A stretch of 51,345 bases of DNA from Girardia tigrina. Lineage: Eukaryota. Every line of letters starts with the position of its first letter. Positions within the stretch are counted from its first letter, which is position 1. The DNA is taken from positions 1 to 51,345 of the forward strand of contig MQRK01196038.1 of NCBI GenBank assembly GCA_001938485.1, read 5' to 3'. The notes beneath the pieces were generated by a model. That model searched no databases. It was given only the letters and a program-made list of their open reading frames with translations, and was not told the DNA's origin. Shown here piece by piece: positions 1-12,026 of the stretch. Position numbers and translations under genes: made by a program.

Positions 1-1068
1 TAGATTAATTTGAGTCGAGATAATTAAATTAAATTAACAGGAAAATTTGTTTTAGAAATGTGAATTGTTATATTAATAAAATTTTGGTGTTTAAAAAATG
101 AATTCGGATATAGACGTTGAATTTTCTCGCTGAATTTTTATTTTTTCAAAGTCTTTTCAATTTTTTTCACTTTCTTTAATTTTTTAAACTCTTGATTTTG
201 TTTAATTTTTTTCTGATTTTATTTTCTCTCTTACCACTTANNNNNNNNNNNNNNNNNNNNNNNNNNNNNNNNNNNNNNNNNNNNNNNNNNTTATTTAGAT
301 TGAATTTAAATAGAATTTAAATAGATTAAATGAAAATCAATAAAAATTAATACTTATCCGTTTAAGAAAATTCCTTAATGATGAAAATTTTTATACTGAA
401 TTTCACTTTCTCCCTCGTTTCAAATCCCCCTCGTATTAAAATATTTTCGACCGTTACAAAATTTTATGCGGTAGCATACGGTTCAATTTCGCATTTAAAC
501 CCGCATATATCGCATACTCATTTAAATTTTTTTTGACCGTTACAAGTAACTTCGAGAAAATTTAATTAAGTTAACTTGAATTTTTTTTAATGTAAAATTG
601 TACCTTAAGACCTAACAAATCATTCAGTGAAAATTTGAAGTTTCTATGTGGTCTAAATGCTGAGATATAGGCAAAAGTAAATGGCCCATTCTTGACATGA
701 TGAAATACAGTGAAGGTATATGAAAAGTGCTTAAAAACCTGAGGCAACAAAAGAAAAAGGATTCATTTATGCTTCTAGATTTCGAGAATGAAAATCGAGT
801 TTGGAACACAAAAACTTTATTTTTCTTGACGAAGTCGGTTTTACTGTAGTTTCTCGTCCGAAAAAAATGTAGGTCATTAATTGGAAGCTCTTCATATGTT
901 CTGTTCCAGCTGCATTTATGTATACATTATTTATCGTCTCCAAGAGGATAATAATTATAATAAAAAATTTAATTTTAATTTAAATAAAAAAATATTCAGA
1001 ATTTCAATTATAATTAATAATTAATATCATTGGCAATTATTAATGCGATTATTACAGCGATTACTATT

Positions 1069-2137
1069 TGTTGGGTTCTTCATCAACATTGTAGTTCATC
1101 AACACCAAAATTGTTATTTATAACACAAATAACAATTATTTAAACAATTTTTCGTTGAGGAACTTTTGTTTGTTTTCTTTTTGATCAGATGCTTTGTGTA
1201 AAAAAATATGGAATTATAAATAGAAATAATATTGTGTAAAAAATATGGAATTATAAATACTGGTAAGCTATTTTAAAATTGAATTTTTTTTATTCTCTTT
1301 ATTTTGAAAATTAACGTTCAACTATTTCATAAAATTTAATTTAAAGTAAAACCAACATAATTTATTGTAGTCATATTTTTACTAAAATAACAAAAATGAT
1401 TTTTTATTACTTAAGAATTAGTTTAATGTTCTTTTATTTTATTTGTGGAAACGTTTTAAATAATAAAAGATTTTGACGTTTTATTTATTATCAATATTTA
1501 AATTTAAAAGCATTTTATTACCTACAATTATTTTAACTATTTATTCGTTCATTTTTTTACATGTTTTAATTACTTAACAAAATATATTTATCATTTTAAA
1601 CCTTTTTAAATGTTTTAGCTCAATTTTAATTAAATTACTTTAGTATCTATACAATTTAAATACAAAAAATAATATTCAAATTTATTATTATATTATTACC
1701 ATAATGATAAACGTTTTAATTTTTATTTTTTACGAAAACTGTTTACAATTAATTATTTGTCAAATCTTTAATTGGCGGAATTTCAAACTGACTTTAAAAT
1801 TTAAAATCATCTGTTTTTTTTTAAATTACATCTCCGGCAACAAAAATTTCATTACTTTATTTTTCAGAATAACTTTTAAAATTAATACAAAACATAATTA
1901 TCCTTATCTCTTTATTTTTCTTTTAAATCAATTATTTCCCAATTAATTTCATTTAAAGTTTTTATTCTACAATTAAAATTCAATTATTTCCGAAAATTAC
2001 TTTTTAAAATTAATTAAAGATATTTTTTTAATTATAATTATTTAGAAAACTTTTGATTTTAAATATTTCTTATTTTAGAAATTATTTACAAAAAATTAAT
2101 TATTTTAAAAATTTAAAGAGTGAACCTGTCCTTCACA
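1069..2137. mobile_element. Solo LTR, family A, copy 1 (TG..CA, 5-bp TSD)
   Basis: Starts TGTTGGGTTC and ends GTCCTTCACA. Perfect CTATT repeats at 1064-1068 and 2138-2142. Homologous inverted copy at 19391-20232. Confidence 0.8.
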
Positions 2138-2589
2138 CTATTTATCTGTTACAACAATTGTTGGCTTTTCCAAACAAACATATTCTACCATATTTTTCCA
2201 CTATCAGAAACATTAAATTTAGAGAAATATACCGAGAAAAAAATACATTCTATTATATATCAAAGAAATTTATATTACTGATCCTATTGTTCACAGAATT
2301 CATAAGTAATTCCGTCAACCGCCAAGTGTAGTTTTAGTTGTGATGTCAAGTAAAAGACTGCTTATTCCAAAAGAGGTCTACAAAGTAACTAATTTGTTAA
2401 CTATTCTCCTTAAGAAAGCCTGTTTTCTCATTTTTGTGATATATTATTTATTACTTCGTTGTATCTTTAAGTTTACTTTATTTCTAATTATAAATTTTAA
2501 ATATTGCCTCTAAATATTTTTTCAATTAATTTTTTTTAATAGTTAAAAGCAGGTTCATTGATAACCAACCTACCGTTCATCAGTTAGCC

Positions 2590-2870
2590 TACTGTTACAG
2601 GTGTTATTCTCATGGATTCCGCGGATAAAGGTATTCGAATCAATGCTACTTGTTACAGCCAACTCGTAAAAAATCGCCAAAAAGAATTAACGGAGGTAGA
2701 AGAACACGTCACTATGTTTTCTCCACAACAATGCGGCAGTGCATACAGCGGGAATTTCATATGCAACAAGTTGATTTAAAAAGTCAAAGTTGTTAGAAGC
2801 ATTTAGTGGAATTTTTAGGTAATACCAAAGATGTGATAACTCCAATAAATCATTTTGAATTTTACGAGCC
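2590..2870 (+). pseudogene. Mariner transposase catalytic-domain relic
   Basis: Manual translation GVILMDSADKGIRINATCYSQL, then after a frameshift FLHNNAAVHTA; resembles mariner G.TIN..Y and LHDNA..H motifs. Confidence 0.7.
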
Positions 2871-3256
2871 TCAAACAATAACTATTTCATTTTGAGGAAA
2901 ATTATTTGAAAAACAATTTAAATGTAACTTTGTTTTGTGTTGAAACAGCTAATCTGAAGCCCAAAAGTGAAGGTACTCAAAGGAACATGATGGCTTTCAC
3001 GGACCCCAAAGATATCTAGATAACAGTTTCAGCATCGAAAAAATTTGTATTATAAGTTCAAATCAATAAATTTTCTCAACGCTTCATATTTATGTGCTCC
3101 AAAATAAATATTATTTTTTTCTAAAATATATATTTTTAAGAACCTCCCTCTCGTTAACAAAAAAAACAAATCGACAAAAAACATATAGACAGAAATAACC
3201 AAGAATTCTTAATTGTTATCCCGTGAGAGCTGTAATCAAAATTCTATGTTTACCAA

Positions 3257-3606
3257 ATATTAAGAACATTAATTAGGTTTTCTTGCGTAGCTCGTCATCG
3301 TTCTTGATTGATAATTTTAATAATATTCTTTAACGTCTTATTATTCAAACAAATTTAAATTACAATTTAATTATTATAAAAATAATTTATACTTTAAATT
3401 TGAAATAATTTTTATTTATTTTAAGAAAATATTAAAAAATTATTTATGAAATATTAGTTTAATTTTAAAGTGATTATTTAAATTTTAATACTTGATTAAA
3501 CAACCCGACGTTTTAAAATATTTAAGATATCAATCTTCCATCTGGGTGGGGGAAACACAATCCTAAAATAACATACAATAAATACCATTCAAAAATATTC
3601 CTCACA
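3257..3606 (-). mobile_element. Solo-LTR-like repeat, family B
   Basis: Ends TATTAAGAAC ... AATATTCCTCACA, core CCATCTGGGTGGG, flanked by CCAA/CCAA (3253-3256, 3607-3610). Confidence 0.7.
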
Positions 3607-6224
3607 CCAAGCATATATAAAAAGTTGCTATATAATGCTGTTATAAAGACAAATTATCAAGACAATGAGTCTTTTGTCTGTATAATCGATGTTTCAATAG
3701 AATAAGAGTTGGTTGTGAACATTTATTAAATGCATAAAAATCTGTGACCTTCTTCTGTATTACTATTATCTTACTGTATTTGAATTTGTTCTAGTTTTGG
3801 AATCGACAACCAGTGATTATTGAATTTTCAAAATATCTGCCAATTGTTATTTATGAAAACATTTGTGTATTTTAATTTAATTTAATTTCAATAAATTTAA
3901 TTTCTGTTCATTCTAGTGAAATTTAAATACATAAATTTATTTGATAGTAACAGAATAAAATTGACAAAAAGTTTTAGGAAATTAAACTGTTCAGGGATCT
4001 TTACGAAATAGAGATGGTCTGTTGATGGGATATTAAAGAAAGAGGAAAGGTTCATTGAATTCTATTTATTGGGAACAAAAGTCTTTGCACAAAAGTCTTT
4101 ATTGCAAGAAGAGTATCAAAATTGATTGGAGTTACCTGAATTTTTTAACTGATTTTTCGATTGAATTTTAAAAGCTGTTAATTGTAATTATAATTGGTAT
4201 CAAGACTAAAGAATTTGATGATGGGAGAAAAATGCTTATGTCGGAGGAAATTGAAAAGTTGTCTCAGATCATCTCTCACCCCTCCGGCAAGACCTTATAT
4301 TGCCAATTCATCGAAACCGCATTTTTGCGATGACTTTGCCATCAATAGCATACGCTCCACAAGTCAAAACATCATATCAACAGAAGTCACTCAGAAACGC
4401 ATCAATATATAATTGATTAATGGCAAATGTAAATATTGTAGTTTCTTAAAAAAGCTTATCTACTCGGTATTATTAGTTTGTCATGTATGAAATTTGTAGG
4501 AGTGATAACAACAAATTCAAATAGTTATAATTTGACAATGACTTCACATATTGTTGCTCAGTGTTTTTTGTTTGATTGCTACATCTATAAAAAAATTAAA
4601 TTATCAATAATTTGTTTTAATAAAATTAATCAACAAATTTAAACTTTGTGTCTGTTTCTTTTATGAAAATCCTTTATTCCTACTAAGTCACTCTTGCCAA
4701 TTACAAATCCACTATTAGTTTCTGTCCAGAACCTCTAGTTTGTCTTGTACAGCTACCCTGGTTGTAAGACAAAATAAATATTGCAACTTTATATGATAAC
4801 ATTTATTTATATTTAATAATTATAATCAATATTTGAAAAAATGAAAAGGCAGAATTTCGAACTATTACAACAAACTGCCGCTCAAATGACAAACGAGTGT
4901 CGATAATATGAGTGAATACTTTGATGAATGACATAAATGTTTGTGTTGGTAAATTAGCAATAAACTTTGACTTAAGTTCTACAAATTTCATACTTGAAGA
5001 CCTAATTATAAATATAATCTTCCTTAAATAACATTTTTTAATGTTTTAGAATATAAAAAACATAATAATTAAAATATAATAAAAAATAAAAATCTAAAAC
5101 AAATTAAATAATCAAATTTATGTACTTGATATAAAAAAAGAAATATTTAAAAGCAGATTTTATTTTAATTTATTCTTTTCCCTTCTATTCTTCGTGAATT
5201 TTGATAAATTGCAAATTTATTCTATTAATATTGATATTAATTATACAATTGTTCAATTTAAAGTGGAATATTTAATGATGTTACCCTAAAGAATTGTTGG
5301 GTGTAACATTGACTCCATGATAAATGATTTGAATAAAATTTTTATTACTTTATAAATTCGATCATTTGATCCCTGAAAATAAAATTTTGACTTATATTTC
5401 TAATAATTATAACGGACGGTTTATTTTAACAAAATTTTAAATTATAAGCTTGAAAAAATCAAAGAATAAATCATAATTTATTTTTCGTAAAAAATCCAGA
5501 CTATATATGTCGTGGAGATTTATTTTATTCTGGTCATATTTTAATAAAATTTTACAAATATAAATATATAATCAGAAGAATAGGAAAGCTAAATGTTAAA
5601 GAAACGTTTAATTAAATATTTATTATATTTTTTTGGTTAAATTCATTTATATATTTGTCAATATTATAATTTGAAGTCATAATCGTAAATTTTTAGAAAT
5701 TTTTAAATTTAACAAGAAATTAAGAAAATAAATTATTTATCAATGAGTGTCTAATAAAATTTTATTCTCAAAAAAAAGAAAAAACAACAAAAATCAATGA
5801 ATTATAAAATTAATAATTAAAAAAAATACAAAATCCAAATTTATCATTAACCAAAGAGTTCCTCAGAAAATTGTGTATGAATTAAATTAAAAAAAACAAT
5901 AAAAAAATTAATGATTAAAAAATATGTTGTTTGAATAATCATTAAATTTTGCGATCGAGTGAATTTAAGTGTGAAATTGAATCCACGAATATTTCTAAAT
6001 AAATGTTATTCTCGAATTTATTTTTTGTTGTGAATTGATTATTGGTAAATTTTATTATTGTGGGTTAACAAATATTCGGATCGATGGATTCCAATTCTTC
6101 ACGGACGATAGAAGACTCGAGAGCTTCTAACAGTATTATTTGATAAAAAAATTTTCATGTGTTTTTATATTTGTTTTGCGTGGAATTCAATCAAAAATTT
6201 TGAATTAATTTTCTGTAATTTTAA

Positions 6225-6411
6225 TCCTCCAGTGCTACCATCCCGTCTCTCAGACCGACACCCCATCTTTCTCATCAAATCATCGCGACACCTTCGTCGG
6301 TATGTTCTGCTATGCTTATTTTTTTACCAAAAAGTACTTTATGAATACAAAGTGTATGAATAAAATATCGTTCTCTGAATTCGGTCTTACAATCGTGTTA
6401 GTACTGCAGGG
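6225..6411. mobile_element. piggyBac-like MITE
   Basis: TTAA at 6221-6224 and 6412-6415; imperfect 13-bp TIRs TCCTCCAGTGCTA / TAGTACTGCAGGG (10/13). Confidence 0.6.
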
Positions 6412-7198
6412 TTAAATTATTTTTTTAAAAATTTCTTATTAGAAAAATTTAAATTGTTTTGTAATTTTAAATTACCTTTTCATTATAAATTTATATATTT
6501 TAATTTTATATATTTTATATAATATTAAAATTAATATCTGTTCACGTAACATTACATTATTAATATTTAAATATATAAATTTTATAAATTAATATTTATA
6601 AAATTAGTGAATAATTAAACAGAAAAGAAGCCAAACAAAGAAAACGTAAATCTAAAATATAATTATTTTGTAATGAAGATTGCCAAGAATAAATATTTTG
6701 CATTTATGAAATTATTATTTTATTACGTGTCACAATTTGACTAAATAATTAATTAATAATTTGATTAAATTGGTGAATTTAATATACTCGCCACTTGTGG
6801 AAATTGAGATCTTCTCCAAACAAAAGATTTTACAATTCCGAAATGTTTACAATCTTCAGAACCAAACATCCCACGAGATCGACTCTGTACTCAGAAGCTC
6901 TAGGATAGAAGTATCATTTGGTGATTAACTCAACCTAATCGCCTTTCCTTTTTATAAAAATATTAAACACAAATAGAAATTCCATAATTAAAAAAAATCT
7001 CTTTTGTGTCTGTCTGTTTCTGGTTTAATCAAAATAATACAGTTATTATATTTTTAAATATAGTAACTTATATATTTAACTCAAGATTATATAGAGTTTT
7101 GCGATCAAAATAAGATAATGTAACTTTCAAAATTAATTTATATCGATATTTTTTATGGCGTTTCGAATGTGACAAATCTAAGAATAATTATTTTAATA

Positions 7199-7240
7199 TG
7201 ATTATATATTTCGACGGTTTAAACCGACATCATCAGATCA
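7199..7240 (-). ncRNA. Minimal type I hammerhead ribozyme, Penelope-associated
   Basis: Minus strand TGAT-CTGATGA-T-GTCGGTTTAAACCGTC-GAAA-TATA-TA^ATCA: intact core boxes, 4-bp stem I, stem II with one mismatch, palindromic minimal stem III. Confidence 0.8.
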
Positions 7241-7329
7241 CTGATTATGTTCTTTTTTATTGCTTAAATATAAAAAATGAATGGTTATGTAATAATTTAC
7301 GTAAGTCTAATCGAAAACTCTTAACAAAT

Positions 7330-7620
7330 TACTTGAGCATTGATTTTAGGATCACATGATCTTATCAACAATGCTTCACATGACACTCTCTCCCAATAAT
7401 TTTTAAAATGCACAAAATCTTAAAATCATTTATGCTCATTTTACAGTTACACGTTTGTTATACTCAGCAATATCACTCTTTCCCCCGCTTTGACTGTTTT
7501 CTTGGACTCGTTTGCAGAGATGACGGGCAGTCTCTCCGATGTATGTGGCATTGCACCCATTACATGTGTATTGATAAACAATGTCCGAACAAAATGACGT
7601 TTAGTTTTGTTTTACTAAAA
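7330..7620 (-). pseudogene. Penelope-like element GIY-YIG endonuclease relic
   Basis: Manual translation DIVYQYTCNGCNATYIGETARHLCKRVQE...FKILC...WERVSCEALLIRSCDPKINAQ, with frameshifts; homologous to 26340-26780. Confidence 0.9.
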
Positions 7621-7694
7621 AAAATGCCATCTTTTTTCAAGTTTTTAATATGATTGTTTTAATTTATTTATATATGTTGTATCTCAGAGGAAGA

Positions 7695-8132
7695 TTAGAT
7701 ATTTTTATTCGTTTTCTGTTTATTCGATTTCATATTAAAGTTTAGTTTCTTTCTCAAGAAAAGACCGGTCTGAACCATCCTACAGGTCAAGGGAACATTG
7801 TTCAAGGAATCGTCATTGTGCTTCGTCACAATCTGTTTCTTCAACGCACTCGTATTGCAAGAATTGCTACAGCAATTAATCGGATCGAAATGATTAGTAG
7901 AAAAGAGATTGATTTGAATAAAACAAAATTCATTGAATTTTGAGTTCCCGGGAACAATTTCCCCATTGACACTCTCGGTTTCGGAATAATCCTCGAACGA
8001 ATTATTAACGACGCGTATCCACGAATCGGAATGATCGAAATTTCTCACGATAAATTCTTTATATTGTTGGAAAAATATCAAATGAATATTTTTAACGCAG
8101 CGCGATTTTGAGTCAATAACACCGTGTGACAA
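7695..8132 (-). CDS. Unassigned 145-aa coding-like ORF (host gene fragment or pseudogene)
   Basis: Long ORF in a locally GC-richer island, with no transposase motifs recognised; product uncertain. Confidence 0.35.
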   Translation of the reverse strand: MSHGVIDSKSRCVKNIHLIFFQQYKEFIVRNFDHSDSWIRVVNNSFEDYSETESVNGEIVPGNSKFNEFCFIQINLFSTNHFDPINCCSNSCNTSALKKQIVTKHNDDSLNNVPLTCRMVQTGLFLRKKLNFNMKSNKQKTNKNI

Positions 8133-8469
8133 AATTTTTCGAAAGTTTCTCTGGTTTTCAGAATTTTTTTGATACTTTTCAACATGTTGGTTTTGAATTT
8201 TTTACCGTTTTTCTTTTTCCGTCTCCGAATTAACCTATGAATTAAAGAAAAGAATTTAACAAAAAAAACCCTCATTTTTTAATTTCTTCGGCTTAGATTT
8301 GTTGTAATGAATATTTTTTCGTTCCATAATGTTCCACAAGAAGTTATATTTCAAAATATTAATAGCAAAGAAGCTCAAACTGACAAGAATAGCATAACAG
8401 TGGATTGTAAAGTCATGTGTGAACAATCAAAAGTGAAGGTTTGAACGAGACTGTCTTTTATGTTTTATG

Positions 8470-8705
8470 CTATCGTCTCTAATCAAAAACCAAAGGTAAT
8501 CTTCCATCATTGCTGTATGCCACGCTCCTTGGTACCTTTTCTCCGTTGTTTGCATATCCTAGTGGAAGCGTTCCCCCTGTTCCTCGCTAAAGTCACCAAG
8601 GGTTTCCCGAAACCAATGCAGATGCGAATGCAAATAATAAAGTTTTACCGACATTCTGCAGCCCAGTTTTTCGAAGTGTTTGAGCAAATCACTGAACAGT
8701 AGTTG
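8470..8705 (-). pseudogene. Transposase C-terminal relic with GERFH motif (CMC/Chapaev3-like)
   Basis: LLKHFEKLGCRMSVKL..LHSHLHWFRETLGDFSEEQGERFH*DMQTTEKRYQGAWHTAMMEDYLWFL matches the LGC.MS.K.H.LHSH...SDEQGERFHQD...E.RYQG block; superfamily assignment is from recall. Confidence 0.75.
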
Positions 8706-9389
8706 GTACACTTCACTCTTCTTATTTCCCAAGAATTTAAATTTTTGACTTTGTTTAATTTTAATTTAAATTGGGCTCAAGTAAAGGCCAAAGACAATCA
8801 CAGCGCGAACAATACATTATCGAAATATTTAACTTTATGGTTGAATTAATTTTTTTATTGATACTAGTGCAATCCTCCTTTCTTGTAGAGACATAAATCT
8901 ATATTGAATGCCAGAAAACGAAGTCCTAACCATCGATGCTCATCATTAATTTGTATAATTGTTGTTGCAATGCATAGAACAAGTTAATTTATGTAATTCT
9001 ATACAATCCAGTGTTTTAATTCATCGTTATAATTAAACAAAAATGTAAGAAAATTTCCCTTCTATTTATTAAAACGAATAATTTCAGGAGGTAAATTCTT
9101 CCAGTACATTTTAATTGAATGTTTAATTGATTTATGTCTGTTCTTTCTAAAGTTTTTTTTCAATCAGTTTAAATCAAAATTAATTCAAAAAATTTCAAAG
9201 AAAATTAATGATAAATTTACGAGGAATTAAAATTGAAAATTAAAATTGTTATTTGGCTGAGACTAAATAATTGTAATTTTTATTAGCTTTTTAATTAATA
9301 AATTTATAAATGAGTGAACAATAAATATATATTTATATTTATATAAAAATAAATAAATACTGTTGTCTTTATTTGAATGTGTGACATAT

Positions 9390-9750
9390 TGTTGGGGTAC
9401 CCTTCCGTTTACAAAAGGATTTATCAAAAATTTTTGTAAAATTAATATTATAATATTTATAATATTAATTTTTAAGAAATAGAAACGATCACCCAAAGCA
9501 GTGGTGTCTGGGAGAGGCCGCGGGAAAAGAACCCCGATAAAAACCAGGACACGGTTCATCAGCCGTGTGGATTTATATAAGACCGACAGGCTCCTGTACG
9601 CAGTATTGGAATGAGATTTATTAATTGTGGAAATAAATTATATACATAAAAAAATACTAAAATATAATGAAGGAATGTGAGAGTTGTTATCTAGAAAAAA
9701 ACATTAAATTGCACCTAAATAAAGATTTTAATTAAAGAAAGTTCCTTCCA
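9390..9750 (+). mobile_element. Probable solo LTR, family C
   Basis: TGTTGGGGTAC...GTTCCTTCCA with an internal GC-rich block, TATATAA (~9574) and AATAAA (~9632); flanks ATAT/ATGT match 3/4. Confidence 0.45.
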
Positions 9751-9990
9751 ATGTCGTTGCGGTTACCTATGAATACGGTTGTAAAGGCAACTATTGAATA
9801 TTTTTTCTTCTTTTTCTAACGGTTTCAAATATATAAATAAATTAATTTTCTTAAAATAAATATTTTGATGTATACGATATTTTAATTTATATTACAAAGT
9901 GATAAGAAATAATTTTCATATATTCATCTATTCAGTCAGTCCATTTTAATTATAAAATAACTACAAGTAATTTTTGAACTAATATATACT

Positions 9991-11045
9991 CGTGGATCGT
10001 TCAATAAGTACCCGGCCTGACATTTATTTATTGCACAATAATTGCAGAATGTATGTAGGAATCATTTTTCAACATATTGTTCATTTCACTCCACACACTT
10101 CCGCTAACGAATAATCAACTCATAAAATCTATTTTTAAAAGATTATTCGGGGCATGCGTCGACAAAATCCTCCACGACATCCTTCAAACTGCCGAATTGT
10201 CGTAAAAAACCATAGTAACGTATTTTTTCTGCGGTTGCCGTGGAAGTTCTGTAATAGAATACGTTTATGGTGTTTCTCAGCGAAATCAATAAGAATAACA
10301 CATCTATGATTCCAGATAATAAATCTTTTGTCTCTTCAAAGATGGCTACTGTCCAGGAAACTTCCACTCTGCTGACTCACGCTTTGTTTCAGGTAAATAT
10401 ATATACTGAGGTTTCATCCTCCGTAATTAATTTTGCATGGAAAATCTTACTATGCAGGTCTCACAGTTTCAATTTGTTCTGACTACTCTCCAATCAGTTT
10501 GGCATCATTTCTCCGGTTAAGAAGCAGGGTAAAAATCTGGAGCACAGTTTGCTGATACTCATTAATTTTAATTAAGTGCAGATTGTACCAACACTGATGT
10601 TGAACTTCGTTTACAGCCTTGTCACGGTAATTCGACGTACTTTTTCGAACATTTTCTCCAATTTTTTATCAAGTATGTCACAGATTTCTTGTGGCCGACT
10701 ATTCTTGATTAAAAACGGAGGTTCAGCAACCTTCACACTGTCTGACCCAATATTTAAGAATTATCAGAGATAACGAATCATGGAAGTAAGTTGACTGCAA
10801 AATATCATAGATTTCTCTGCACATCTTCTTCTGCAAAACAGAAAACTTGATAACTCTGCAAGATTCAACTTTTAAAATTATCGCACTGACTAAAATTCAA
10901 AATGTCTCAAAAAACGTTTAATATGTTTGATAAAATAAAACAATTACTGAAATAAAACCTATATTAATTTATTTAATCACACACAAAAACTGAAATTTTC
11001 TAATTCATTTCCCCCTCAGGTCGGTTATTTATTGAAAACACCGCG
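9991..11045 (-). mobile_element. Decayed mariner element with imperfect ~30-bp TIRs
   Basis: TIRs CGTGGATCGTTCAATAAGTACCCGGCCTGA / TCAGGTCGGTTATTTATTGAAAACACCGCG; translation SRPQ...KLCSRFLPCFLT...LITEDETSVYIY..TKRES.EW with many stops. Confidence 0.8.
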
Positions 11046-11173
11046 TACCCATATTCTCGAAATCTAATCATTTAACATTCTTACTCAAAGAAATTATAGT
11101 TTTTGCAATAATGGACATAAAAAATTTATAATTCCATAATATTCAGGATCAGTTATGGAATCAGCTTTAGACT

Positions 11174-11198
11174 TGTGAGGAATTGGTGTTCTTAATAA
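11174..11198 (+). mobile_element. Collapsed ~25-bp copy of family B (both termini only)
   Basis: AGACT-TGTGAGGAATTGGTGTTCTTAATA-AGACT: family B 5' end joined to its 3' end and flanked by a direct repeat. Confidence 0.7.
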
Positions 11199-11254
11199 GA
11201 CTTTTTGCCAGTAATGTATACAGAGACTGCTTTACTTTTAGAATATTAATTATA

Positions 11255-11660
11255 CATTCTTCCAATGATACTGCTCGGATTGCGGAACTCGACGTTAACC
11301 GGATCAAATGCCTCACCGGCACAACTATTGTACGGCTCTTCCACTTACCTTCTGGGAGACATTATCTTGGACAGTGAAAATCAATCGGCATATTCCAAAG
11401 AAGATATAGAAACAGCCATTCGTGGTTTTACAAGTCCGGTTGTAAACAAACACCCAACACGAAAAATCTTTGTTTCATCAGTATTATAAACGTTCACGTA
11501 AGTCTGGTTAAGAAGAGACATCATCGGTTCTCTCAAATCACCATACGAAGGACCTTATAAAGTGTTGCACCGATCCGAAGACAAAACAATATCGATTGAT
11601 CGTCTCAAACCAATGTTCACTTGTCAGGACACTCCTCTTCTTCCACAGGGGCATATGTAA
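11255..11660 (+). pseudogene. Ty3/Gypsy integrase C-terminal relic with putative PPT and LTR start
   Basis: LPMILLGLRNST....SPAQLLYG, PYEGPYKVL, ISIDRLKP, then AGGGG followed by TGT at ~11656. Confidence 0.85.
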
Positions 11661-11977
11661 AGTGACAACTTTACTTAAGCAATAAATTATTTTAATTCAA
11701 TTTTGTTGAATTAAAAATAATGATTTTTAATTTAATTTTTGTTAAATTAAAAATAATGATTTTTTTATCGATTGTTTAAATCGATAGATTTATTAATAAA
11801 CTTTTCAAAGAACTGATCTTTAAATTATTCAATATTTAAATAATACAAGAAGATTACAATAACTTATAATGTATAATTAATATTCTAAAAGTAAATCAGT
11901 CTAAATATTTACTGTTATTTATAACCCTTTCCTATACCAAATGAGAAAAGTTAAGTAGCCTCAAAGATTTTCAATCA

Positions 11978-12026
<49 letters not shown>

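Noticed and set aside
4190-4410. Gag-like peptide on the minus strand
   Set aside because: No diagnostic motif and several stops.
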